Shown here piece after piece: positions 25,466 through 34,955 of a stretch of DNA of 64,000 bases; positions within the stretch are counted from its first letter, which is position 1; each line of letters opens with the position of its first letter. The DNA comes from a virus. Taxonomy: Duplodnaviria > Caudoviricetes. Both the position numbers and the translations under genes were made by a program. The notes beneath the pieces were generated by a model that saw nothing but the letters and a program-made list of their open reading frames with translations, ran no database searches and was not told where the DNA came from. The stretch is taken from positions 64,001 to 128,000 of the IMG/VR virus record IMGVR_UViG_3300038530_003085; one strand, given 5' to 3'.

Positions 25466-28400
25466 TTACGGTACACCAACTTCATCTTTGGGCGATGCTG
25501 CTGTTTCACCAGTAGGCGCGGCCTTAGATGAGCCTTTGTTTATTGATCTTTTAGACTTACACTTTTTACTTCTAGAGCTATTATTTTCTATTTTACCGCG
25601 CATATTAGAATCTGTGTCATCACCATCAATCTGATGAACCCAGACAGCAGATAGTTTTGTTTCTGCTAAACCTTCGCTGAAATCTGTTTCAGCGCGAGTA
25701 ATCATAAAGTAGCCACCGATTCCATACTTAGAAAGATCATATTTATTGAATGTGGCTGTAGCTTGGTTTGTATCGGGCGCAAAACCTCTAGGGTCTATAA
25801 AAATATAAGTGCCCGGATATGCAGATGGAAATGCAAATGTAGTGACAGATGCATTATACACTTCTCTTAATTGTTGCAATCCATCAAAACCCTCTTGTTC
25901 AAACCTTAACTCCTTTAAACCTTGAGCATCTGTTCTAGTCAAATCAATATTTTTTATAATACCAGAATCTTTTCCTAAAACATAGTGGAATATACCGTTT
26001 TCTTTATCCATAGCGTAATCACCAACTTTTGCATCATGAGGCTGGGAACGACCAGCATAATATATTTGATAATTAGTCTCCCTACTTATGTCACGTTTAG
26101 AGCGACTGTCGTTACGAACTCCCATTGTATTTAAAAGAGAGTCAGAAAAGACGGTTACTGTCCCTTGATAAAACAATTTTAATCTTGCATCTAGTTCCCC
26201 GGTCTTCTTTATTTGATCAAGAATTTTCTCGCTTATTTCGTCATTTTCTGCACCCGGAGGGCGATAAGATGTAACGGCTGTCGAAAATGTTGATATTCTT
26301 TGTTTTACTTCTCCATTAAAACAATCTTCAGAGTTCAAAAAACTTCTAACATAATTCTTTACAATATCAGAAACAAAAGAATTGATATTATATTCTAGTC
26401 TATCACGGGCTACTACTTTTTCAGTCATCCATTCAACAAAGTAAGATACCGATATTGGAATATCAGCCAATGAGCCATTATTATAAGCACCCGGAAATGC
26501 AGGATCACGAAGTTCTACAGGCCCTAACACAACGCGATATCTTTTAAAATTTTCTCTCATAGATTTCAGTATTTTTCTTTCAGCGTTGAGAAATTCCAAA
26601 GGAACATTATCTATTTGATCCAATACTTTTGCGTAACCAGACTCAGATAGTGATTCTTCTATGTTGTCCATAACAACTTCAACTAAATCATACAAATAAA
26701 AGTATGCAATTTGTTCGTCAACATTAGAATTTATTCCAGCACTTGGTGAAACTGCTGGGCCACTGGATGAAACAGGGCCGCGGCCTCTACCTTCTAATCC
26801 AACGAGATCTTCATTACGTTCCCCAAGGGTGGCGTCAGCAACTGCTCTTGCGGCCGATGTGACAACATCTTTAATAGAATCAAGAAGAGAGCCGCCGGAG
26901 GCTTCTGATTCAGGAGGAGAGTTAGTCGATGCTGCTTTAGGTGTATCGGGTGTAGGAGTCGATGGTGTCTCTACTGGAGACGCTGCAATACTAACAATTG
27001 AGTTGAGATCAACAAGTGGATTAAGGACAAAGTTTCCTAACTCGCTATAATTAACGTTGATTAGTTGTATTTTCTCCTTTATCAATAATTTTTCAAGTAT
27101 GCGTCTCAAAGAAGCACGTTGATTTTCGGGTGTAAGTTTATCCTCTTGATCTTTTAAGTCTTTAATTTTTTCAAACAAGCACTCCTGTTCATAGTACTTT
27201 CTCAATACCTTTCTTTTAAATATACCCGAAGTCACTCTTGGGTCAGAGAAAATATTGAAGTATGAAATATCAAAATAATCATCCACGTAAGCTAAATAAT
27301 TAATTTTAAAATTAACACGGCCAGAGTCATCAAATTTAAATTCATGAGTTGTTGGTGTCAGGTTCAGAGTTACAAAACTGTTATAAATTGCATCACTAAT
27401 TTCCTTACGAGTCAAGCCACCGGTGCCTCCAATAATTAAATTGGTTGGCATTTCATAACCAACAATGGCTTTTAGTCTAAATTTTAGTTTATCAAGATTA
27501 TCTATCACAGCGTCTGTGTTTATTTTACTTTGTGGATTAACAGAAGTATATTTTTTCATCTTACTGGAACCAGTTTTAAGGGCTAAATCAGCATATGAAT
27601 AAACTTTACCGTTTTTAGTTCGTCTTTCTTGTAAAATTTCTTCAAAGGAAGATGCAAATATTGACAAATCAGCAGATATACTCTTTTTGACACTAAACGG
27701 GTCAGAACCCTCATAACTAAAACCAAAGTTTTTTATTCCTACTCCGTACCCTCTTCTTGATTGGTTTCTTAGAGCATTTTCAGCAGTTATTTTTGAGCCT
27801 TCACTGTTCAAAAATTCAATTGATGATGGAAAATCAATTTCCACTTCATATTCTTTATCGTTTTCTGGATCTGTATATACTTTGAAAAGACTTATTTTTG
27901 GCTGAAGCTGTGACAAAATGCTTGTTGGTAAATCAAACAAGGCTGCGGTTGATTTTGGCATTGTCATTGTGTTCATAAAACCGAAGGGTATCCCTGAAAT
28001 TGCTAGGGGTCTATTTCTACCAGATTCAGGCCCTTCTTCATAAGGTAAAAGATTGGTAAATACACCATTAGCCTCATCATCTTGTCTAATTTTCATTAAA
28101 TCGAATGCATATCTTTGAAGAAAACACTGTTCTTTGAAAGTGGTGCGAAGTTCAGGATCTAAACCTAAAGTATTAATTAATTCTCTTTGGATCCTTATAA
28201 GGGCCGCTCTTCTTTCATTTAGCTCTGCGAGTTGATCTTCTAATCTGCTAGCAAGAAGTGGGCCAACAAATTCGCCTTTTGCTTGGATGCCAGCTAGATT
28301 TGCTTCTTCTTCAATTGAGGCAGCTTCGGCTTGAATTGCTGCTTGAATTAAGGCTAGCACTTCGACTAACGGGGATATTTGATTTCTTAAATTTAGAAAA

Positions 28401-28951
28401 GCACCGATTGCTAAGTAGAGTTGGTCGAGGGCTTTTTTAAGAGGCTCAATTTTGGCATCAGGATCACCACCGGGGGTATTAAGGGCAGCGATGGCTTGTT
28501 CAATTTTAGATTTCTGTGCGTTTAAACTTATAAAATCGGGTGGGCCATTTAAAATTATATCTATTTCTTTTAATTTATTTTCTGCTTCTGTTAGTCTTGA
28601 AACTAATGTTCCTGCCGTATCTGAAAATACAGTGGCATCAAAATTAGGTGCTAGGCCGGGCGGTTGAAAAGCGTTACGATCTGGTAATTTTACAGTGAAA
28701 GTAGTGCCGCTGGGTGTGTAACCATCATCATTAGGTGAACCTAAGAGATTGTTTTCAGCCAATATTCTCTCTGCTTCAGCGAGGGCATTTTTTGCTTTGC
28801 TGACCTTGTTGGATGTTATTTTTCCATCATCGAATATCAAGCCTATATTGTCTAAGGTGCTTTTATTTTCTTCGAGAACTTTTGCTGTTAAAAGGTCAGA
28901 CGTTGCACCATTATCTTTTAATTCTTTGATTAATTCATCAATTCTACTCAT
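25466..28951 (-). CDS. Large baseplate hub-like protein
   Basis: Located after tape measure/LysM; C-terminal YNASVTTFAFPSAYPGTYIFID...GGYFMITRAETDF typical of hub (gp27/GpD-like) ends. Confidence 0.6.
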   Translation of the reverse strand: MSRIDELIKELKDNGATSDLLTAKVLEENKSTLDNIGLIFDDGKITSNKVSKAKNALAEAERILAENNLLGSPNDDGYTPSGTTFTVKLPDRNAFQPPGLAPNFDATVFSDTAGTLVSRLTEAENKLKEIDIILNGPPDFISLNAQKSKIEQAIAALNTPGGDPDAKIEPLKKALDQLYLAIGAFLNLRNQISPLVEVLALIQAAIQAEAASIEEEANLAGIQAKGEFVGPLLASRLEDQLAELNERRAALIRIQRELINTLGLDPELRTTFKEQCFLQRYAFDLMKIRQDDEANGVFTNLLPYEEGPESGRNRPLAISGIPFGFMNTMTMPKSTAALFDLPTSILSQLQPKISLFKVYTDPENDKEYEVEIDFPSSIEFLNSEGSKITAENALRNQSRRGYGVGIKNFGFSYEGSDPFSVKKSISADLSIFASSFEEILQERRTKNGKVYSYADLALKTGSSKMKKYTSVNPQSKINTDAVIDNLDKLKFRLKAIVGYEMPTNLIIGGTGGLTRKEISDAIYNSFVTLNLTPTTHEFKFDDSGRVNFKINYLAYVDDYFDISYFNIFSDPRVTSGIFKRKVLRKYYEQECLFEKIKDLKDQEDKLTPENQRASLRRILEKLLIKEKIQLINVNYSELGNFVLNPLVDLNSIVSIAASPVETPSTPTPDTPKAASTNSPPESEASGGSLLDSIKDVVTSAARAVADATLGERNEDLVGLEGRGRGPVSSSGPAVSPSAGINSNVDEQIAYFYLYDLVEVVMDNIEESLSESGYAKVLDQIDNVPLEFLNAERKILKSMRENFKRYRVVLGPVELRDPAFPGAYNNGSLADIPISVSYFVEWMTEKVVARDRLEYNINSFVSDIVKNYVRSFLNSEDCFNGEVKQRISTFSTAVTSYRPPGAENDEISEKILDQIKKTGELDARLKLFYQGTVTVFSDSLLNTMGVRNDSRSKRDISRETNYQIYYAGRSQPHDAKVGDYAMDKENGIFHYVLGKDSGIIKNIDLTRTDAQGLKELRFEQEGFDGLQQLREVYNASVTTFAFPSAYPGTYIFIDPRGFAPDTNQATATFNKYDLSKYGIGGYFMITRAETDFSEGLAETKLSAVWVHQIDGDDTDSNMRGKIENNSSRSKKCKSKRSINKGSSKAAPTGETAASPKDEVGVP

Positions 28952-28954
28952 AGC

Positions 28955-29293
28955 TTAAATTCCAAAATTATCTAAGACATCTTCCACACTAAGGGGAATC
29001 AATATTAAGTCACCGGGTAAAATATCCGCTTCGGTTGGACGGGCATTATACCAAGCTATTATCCACCATAATGTAGGATCATTGTAGAATTTGTTAGCCA
29101 ATTTGTAGTATCTATCCCCAAGCACCCAAATGTGTTGTGTGGTAGCCATACTAGCGCGCTCTGCAACGGTAGGGTGCCTAAGTATCGGAGTTTCATATTG
29201 AACAATGTTTTTAGTATTGTTTCTTTTCTGTCTGAGTTTACGATAATACTCGTTGGAGTTATTTAATACTCTGAAATTTTTGTATCTTGACAT
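28955..29293 (-). CDS. LysM-like baseplate wedge protein (gp53/gpX-like)
   Basis: HIWVLGDRYYKLANKFYNDPTLWWIIAWYN...PGDLILIP. Confidence 0.8.
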   Translation of the reverse strand: MSRYKNFRVLNNSNEYYRKLRQKRNNTKNIVQYETPILRHPTVAERASMATTQHIWVLGDRYYKLANKFYNDPTLWWIIAWYNARPTEADILPGDLILIPLSVEDVLDNFGI

Positions 29294-29296
29294 GGT

Positions 29297-30463
29297 TTAT
29301 ATACCTCTCAAAAGGTCTTCAGGATCTCCTGATTCAATATAGGCAGCCGCCCTTTCCTGTTTATTGATGGATTCCTGACCTCTCCTTGATGATTCTAAAT
29401 AATCAAGTTTTTCTTGTTGTCTCTCGCTTAAGTTTTCTTTGTCTCTAAGTCTATTTATTCTATTTTCATCCTTGTTAAAGCGCGCCTTACCACCTAACCC
29501 ACTGTACCGTGCCAATGCATTCGCACGATCTGCTTCATTTTGTCTCTCTCGTTGGAGTTCTTCATTGAAATCAGCAAATTGTGCTAAAGTCTCTGGTGTT
29601 TGCTCTGGTACTAAACCATCAGTTGTATTATATGGAAACCCACCAGCCATAAATTTACCATTTTGATACCCAAGAGTGTTCTCGTGAATAACATCAAAAG
29701 ACATATTCACTTCAATCAGCTTTGGTAAAACAGTATTTTTACCTAAATACAAAACACCACCACCATTATCAGGGTTTTCGATATTGTGCGATATTGTCAA
29801 GCTTTTAATAACGCCCATAGCGCCCTGTGAAGAGTCTGAATTAGATCTGTAGCCAGCAAATTTCTGAAGATCACCACGCTCTTGGCCGGCGGCCAACGCG
29901 GCGTCATCGGACGACACTGCTAGATTTGAACCTTGCTTGGCAAGAAGATTCATAACTTTTAATCTGACTAAAGAAGTCTGAGAAATTGTCTGTGCCGCAG
30001 GTATTCTTTTATAGGTTGGGTATACAAATTGAGCCAGCTTTTGTGCCTTAGCTAAATTTTCATAAGCCTCACTATATGTTGACGCAGGTATTTTCCAGTT
30101 GAGAGTAATATTTCTGGTTGTGTTTTTATACGTATAGATTGAATCTGTCCTTCCGAAGACAGTTTCTTCATTGTACGATGGGGCAATGGAATCATTAAAC
30201 GAAGTGATGAATGCTTTGAAATACAGATCTTGACCGCTTGGTAAATGTAAAAGGGATATCACAGCTTCATGTTGATTTGCTATATTATCAGTAGCCGAAG
30301 AATACTCAATACGACGGCCACGACGTGCATCGACATCGACGATATCGAAGGGGTCGTCCTCGATAATTGTACTACGGTTTCTAAGACTTGATATATCTTC
30401 GTCCAAAACTACAGGAAAATATTTTTGACTATCAAAACCTAATCCATCATCACTTTCTGCCAT
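29297..30463 (-). CDS. Tail tube initiator/baseplate cap-like protein
   Basis: FKAFITSFNDS...VFGRTDSIYTYKNTTRNITLNW...LPKLIEVNMSF tube-fold pattern; follows the tape measure. Confidence 0.65.
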   Translation of the reverse strand: MAESDDGLGFDSQKYFPVVLDEDISSLRNRSTIIEDDPFDIVDVDARRGRRIEYSSATDNIANQHEAVISLLHLPSGQDLYFKAFITSFNDSIAPSYNEETVFGRTDSIYTYKNTTRNITLNWKIPASTYSEAYENLAKAQKLAQFVYPTYKRIPAAQTISQTSLVRLKVMNLLAKQGSNLAVSSDDAALAAGQERGDLQKFAGYRSNSDSSQGAMGVIKSLTISHNIENPDNGGGVLYLGKNTVLPKLIEVNMSFDVIHENTLGYQNGKFMAGGFPYNTTDGLVPEQTPETLAQFADFNEELQRERQNEADRANALARYSGLGGKARFNKDENRINRLRDKENLSERQQEKLDYLESSRRGQESINKQERAAAYIESGDPEDLLRGI

Positions 30464-30474
30464 TTTTCAGTCTC

Positions 30475-33081
30475 CTACTTTTGTTGTCTCATATATTCTT
30501 GAACGCTTTCACCAATCACATTCTTTATATAAGTGTTAAATTGTTTACCATTGATTTCTAATTGAATTGTTTGTTTTGGTTGGTATGTGATATTTGCTGG
30601 AGCAGCAGAGAAGTTGGCCGCAGCACCAGCAACAGCATTAATTGACATCCCAGCACCTGTTGGGATTTTTTCCATTGCATTGGCGATTGCTTCTATCTCT
30701 GCTTTTACAAGCCCAAGGTTTGATACGTTCTCTGTTAATGTTGCTAAGCCAGTAACAAACGTGTTAAATGGGGTCATTTTCTCGCCAAGACTACCAAATG
30801 ACAGTGATAGGAGAGCTAGAGCCCCAGCTAAGACTACAATTCCGCCTGCAGCAGCAGGACCAGCTAGTCCCAATAGAATGGCTGAAGACGTGAATACAGC
30901 CAAGAATACTGATATACCAGTTATAGTATCAAAAGTTGTTTCTAGCCCTTTAAATGATTCAACTAAATAGGACATACCAACTGCTGCTATACCAACCGCG
31001 GCACCAATAGACAAAACTGCAAGTGCAAGTACGCCGGTCGGTGCTGCAGCAGCAAATGCGATTTTAGCAAATACTGCAAGTGCTATCCCAAGTGCTGCGA
31101 TACCACCAACAGCACCTATAATTTGATCGCCTGTAAGTTCACTAAATGCTTTTACTAAGAATGATACACCAAATGCTGCCATAGCGATCGAAGCGCCAAT
31201 CGCAAGAATTGGCTTAACCATTTTAGAAAGATTAGATGCGGCATCGCCAGATGCTTCGCCCATCGCTTCAATAGCACCGGCTGCATCTTCACCGTTTTCT
31301 GCTAGTTGAGTTGCAGCGTCTGAGAGAGGCTGCATTGCTCCACCAGCCATCTTCATTTGTCCAACAGCGGCCTGAGTGGCGCCCTTTTTGCTAAAACCAC
31401 CAAGAATTTTACCAAATAAATTAAATCCACCTTTGCCTTTGCCACCTAATTCAATACCAAGCATAGATGCTGAACCTTTCATTATTGCGCCGCGAAATGC
31501 ACCAAAGGCAACCCCGGCGGCAAGTGTTGTCTTAGGAAATTCAGCCATAACTTTAAGAAGTGGAATTAGAGAATTCTCGGCTAGCATCTTGGCGATGTCT
31601 GCAACTTTCTTAATATCTTCCCTATTATCTTCAAGTGCAACAGTAAATTCTCTAAATAATTCAACAAGTGGCGCGCTAACTGTTATAAGAGATCGTAATG
31701 ATGCTTGTAAACTTTCTTGCACATTTTGCACTTCTTTTGCTCTTTCTGCTTGTTTCGCAAAATCCGCAGAAGACATTTGAGTTGCCCCAGCAAGATCTGT
31801 AAAATCTCCACTCATTAACTTAGCAAGTTCGCCAACATCATTTAGTCCTGCAGCTTCTGTAAAGAATTTACGTTGAAAATATGACATGTCATCAAATGTC
31901 ATACCCGTATTTAAAATTGAATCACGCAACATTTCAAAACGTTCTATGGGATCTGTCGCCATCATCAGATCCATAGCATTTACAAAATTGCCTCCCAATG
32001 CAGCATTCAATTTACCGGCTTGCGCGGCAGCACCGTCAAATGTATCAAATTTATCAGTAATCTGTACCAAACGACCAATTTCAATACCAGTAATCTTAGC
32101 TGCTACTGCTAAGTCTTTAAACGCTCTTGGGCCATCCGAACCTAATTTTGCTATTGAGGTTCCAACACTTGCAAAGTCAGAGGCTATTTTGCTGGGAGAT
32201 TCACCTATGATGGTTGAAAAATCTGCTAAATCACTAGCTGTGGAGAGAGCCGCTTCGGCAGTTTGACCAAAAAACTTTGTTGTATTTTGAAAACCGGCTG
32301 CAAGATCTTGATTTGCGATGCCGAGTTGATTTAAGACTGCAGTTGAGTTTGTTAATTTTACCTGTAAATCTTCGTTAGAAAGCGAAAAGTCTGTAAACGT
32401 AGATCTTAAAGCTTGAAATGATTTAGACTGATCATCTAATGAAACACCAAATCGAGTCACTTCGTCTCGGGAGACTGCGAGCTTATCACCAAATTCTACG
32501 GTGATCCCAGTTTGTCTTGCTAATGCTTTTGATGATTCATCAGCAGAGAAAGCCAAGCTGATAAATGAATCAACAAGTCCTGTTAGGGCCACAAGGCTCA
32601 TCGCTATACCGCCGCGGACGGTACCCATTGTCAAGAAAAAATCCTTCATACGGAATATCAAATCCGAATTGACTTCCTCATGACGTTCGTAAACAGTTGT
32701 CAATTGTTTGAATCTTCCAAGGGTGGTTCTAATGGAAGCGTTTTGTTGCGCTAATGCTTTGGCATTTTCCTTAACAGCAACGGTATCTTTCGCTAAAGAC
32801 TCAGTTTTTTCTTTGATCATATCATTAAGCTTTGTGGCCTCAATGAATTCGTCAGCGGTACGTTGTTCATTATCCATGATTGCTTGATGTCGTTGCTTTA
32901 AGGCTTCTAATTCTTGTCTACTCGTCGCAAGATTTTGTTCTGCGGTCTTCTGTGAAATGTTAAGAATACTATCAAGTAAAGCTTCATTGTCCCGTAAAGT
33001 GTCTCTATAGTCAGTCTGTTCTCTATTGATGCTCTTTAGGAGTTTTTCAATGCTTTTAAATGTTTTAATATCATCAGACAT
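30475..33081 (-). CDS. Tail tape measure protein
   Basis: 868 aa, Ala/Gly-rich and helical, hydrophobic segments in the C-terminal third, downstream of tube and chaperones. Confidence 0.85.
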   Translation of the reverse strand: MSDDIKTFKSIEKLLKSINREQTDYRDTLRDNEALLDSILNISQKTAEQNLATSRQELEALKQRHQAIMDNEQRTADEFIEATKLNDMIKEKTESLAKDTVAVKENAKALAQQNASIRTTLGRFKQLTTVYERHEEVNSDLIFRMKDFFLTMGTVRGGIAMSLVALTGLVDSFISLAFSADESSKALARQTGITVEFGDKLAVSRDEVTRFGVSLDDQSKSFQALRSTFTDFSLSNEDLQVKLTNSTAVLNQLGIANQDLAAGFQNTTKFFGQTAEAALSTASDLADFSTIIGESPSKIASDFASVGTSIAKLGSDGPRAFKDLAVAAKITGIEIGRLVQITDKFDTFDGAAAQAGKLNAALGGNFVNAMDLMMATDPIERFEMLRDSILNTGMTFDDMSYFQRKFFTEAAGLNDVGELAKLMSGDFTDLAGATQMSSADFAKQAERAKEVQNVQESLQASLRSLITVSAPLVELFREFTVALEDNREDIKKVADIAKMLAENSLIPLLKVMAEFPKTTLAAGVAFGAFRGAIMKGSASMLGIELGGKGKGGFNLFGKILGGFSKKGATQAAVGQMKMAGGAMQPLSDAATQLAENGEDAAGAIEAMGEASGDAASNLSKMVKPILAIGASIAMAAFGVSFLVKAFSELTGDQIIGAVGGIAALGIALAVFAKIAFAAAAPTGVLALAVLSIGAAVGIAAVGMSYLVESFKGLETTFDTITGISVFLAVFTSSAILLGLAGPAAAGGIVVLAGALALLSLSFGSLGEKMTPFNTFVTGLATLTENVSNLGLVKAEIEAIANAMEKIPTGAGMSINAVAGAAANFSAAPANITYQPKQTIQLEINGKQFNTYIKNVIGESVQEYMRQQK

Positions 33082-33116
33082 AGGATTATTACCTTGCTTT
33101 ATTAATTAGTTACAAT

Positions 33117-33144
33117 AAAAAAAGACAGGGCTTTAACCCTGTCC
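33117..33144 (-). terminator. Rho-independent terminator
   Basis: GACAGGG-ttaaag-CCCTGTC then T7 on the minus strand. Confidence 0.8.
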
Positions 33145-33400
33145 ATATTTTTTACGATACTCTGCCGGTACGGGAGGAGCATTATTTGATGTTAAAGTTT
33201 GAGATTTTGAGCCACCTTTTGATGCCTCCTCAATTGCTTCTTGCTCTTCCTTTAGTTGTCTAGAGAGTCTTTGAACAAACCACCTACGCAAACCAATTGG
33301 CAAATTATACGCTTCAGAAAATGACCACCCACCAGCATATTTCAAATAGAAAAATTGCTCATAGATGTTTTCCATATATTCATCGGTCAGGCCAAAAAAA
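33133..33400 (-). CDS. gp51-like tail/hub assembly chaperone C-terminal part, probably reached by frameshift or by ATG 33375
   Basis: IYEQFFYLKYAGGWSFSEAYNLPIGLRRWFVQRL pattern; frame is open across the T7 run at 33394-33400. Confidence 0.65.
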
Positions 33401-34249
33401 GTCCGCGGTGAGCGGCACCTCCAAGTCCGCTTCATAGGAACAGTTAATACACTCGAAATCCTGAGTCATGTCGATATTTGGACTAACGGACTGGAATGCC
33501 TGCCTAAGATATCTCGCATCGATTGAAGGCATATTGTCAACAACATAGTTAATGGCCTCGGAAGTAGTATTACCATTAACATCAATAATGATGTTCTTAA
33601 GTTGTCTGGTCACATTCTTCTCATAATCGCCTTTAGCTTTTTTATCCATTTCAAGACCAGCTAGCAGTACTCTTTCATCAGCACCGGTTAATAAGCGGAA
33701 ACCAATGTTTAATCCTGATCTTGGTAATTCTACTACAAATGTGCCATCTTCTCGCTGCTTAACTGCACTAGAAACAACTCTATCAACAAGGTTTTTGCCA
33801 ACTGTAAGCTCACCTAAATTGAATGTGTGCTCTTGTTGAGTAGAACAGTTAGGACATACGACCTTAGTTGTGTAGTCACTGCCATATGCAGATATTCTAG
33901 CAGCAATCACAATGGCATTTCTATCACCCACTAGCAAAGTTTCTGGATCAATTGAGTTATCAATGATCAAGCTGGAAATTACACGCTCAAGTGCAACACC
34001 TTTCTTGAGAAGACTGCGTGAAGTTAGCATATCTTCTTCTTTTGCTGTCATCTGCTTAATTTCAATCGTTGACTGATTATGGAGCGGATGGCTGGGGTCG
34101 TAATAGATACCATTAGATGGTAATTCAACAAATTCCGTTGGAACTACAAAGCTAAAATTATTCGTGGCTTGTACGTTCTGTTGTGGTGGGGCAGTATCCT
34201 GTTCCGTTGCGCCGCCGCCACCGGTTACGCGCTTACTATTTCTAGACAA
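33380..34249 (-). CDS. T4 gp26-like baseplate hub/tail assembly chaperone
   Basis: VELPSNG, MTAKEEDML, LLVGDRNAI..AARI.AYG, CPNC, CINC, ends PLTADFFWP. Confidence 0.8.
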   Translation of the reverse strand: MSRNSKRVTGGGGATEQDTAPPQQNVQATNNFSFVVPTEFVELPSNGIYYDPSHPLHNQSTIEIKQMTAKEEDMLTSRSLLKKGVALERVISSLIIDNSIDPETLLVGDRNAIVIAARISAYGSDYTTKVVCPNCSTQQEHTFNLGELTVGKNLVDRVVSSAVKQREDGTFVVELPRSGLNIGFRLLTGADERVLLAGLEMDKKAKGDYEKNVTRQLKNIIIDVNGNTTSEAINYVVDNMPSIDARYLRQAFQSVSPNIDMTQDFECINCSYEADLEVPLTADFFWPDR

Positions 34250-34312
34250 TATACACCTCTTTGTTTCTAGATAGATTTATTATATCACAATTTTAATTGT
34301 TTTAGAGTTTTT

Positions 34313-34909
34313 TTAACCGTTAAAGAACTCAGTGCCTTGGTTACCTGCGGTAGCCATCGAGCCCTTGCTGTTCAATACTTCAAGTCGAGCCCAATCGTAT
34401 GCAATGTCAAGAGAAATCTCAACCAAGCCTTCGCCACCTTCATATTGCAATTGGCCATAATCAACCTTAGTGATAAAAGAGTTCCAAAGTGTCCACTTCT
34501 CAATCTCGTTGCCATCACCATCTAACTGGACAATATATACAGTACCAAGAGCACCGGCAGAACGAGACTTGGACATCGAACCTAAATCGTTGGGATTATC
34601 CGGTGGACGATAGCCCGACTGACTAACAATGTCTGACAAGGTTGCAGACATATCAGGGTCTCTCGGATCGACCAAGGTCATAGACACTGGGCTCCAAGTA
34701 ACACCACCGGGGTAGTAAAACTTGTGGTTAAGGTAAACATGTTCACCGGTTGAAACCTCGAAAGATGGCTTGTTAACGGTTTTAGCATACCACACGAGAG
34801 GACCACCGGTATCTGCATTGATACCTGTAATCTCTACTTTGAATCTAAATTGTCTCTTTGGATCTTTCAACTCAGTTGATGAGCGATAATCGTCTGACCA
34901 GAATGGCAT
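34313..34909 (-). CDS. Tail tube protein (gp19-like)
   Basis: PKRQFRF, VNKPSF, W.PVSMTLVDP, EKWTL, ISLDIAYDWA; follows the sheath. Confidence 0.88.
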   Translation of the reverse strand: MPFWSDDYRSSTELKDPKRQFRFKVEITGINADTGGPLVWYAKTVNKPSFEVSTGEHVYLNHKFYYPGGVTWSPVSMTLVDPRDPDMSATLSDIVSQSGYRPPDNPNDLGSMSKSRSAGALGTVYIVQLDGDGNEIEKWTLWNSFITKVDYGQLQYEGGEGLVEISLDIAYDWARLEVLNSKGSMATAGNQGTEFFNG

Positions 34910-34934
34910 TTTTGGGGTTCTCCTTGTATATTTT

Positions 34935-34942
34935 TAAATAGT
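34935..34942 (-). promoter_or_regulatory. Putative late promoter motif ACTATTTA (tail tube)
   Basis: One of about 15 copies of CTA(T/C/A)TTA upstream of genes. Confidence 0.65.
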
Positions 34943-34955
34943 ATGTAAGTTTTTT

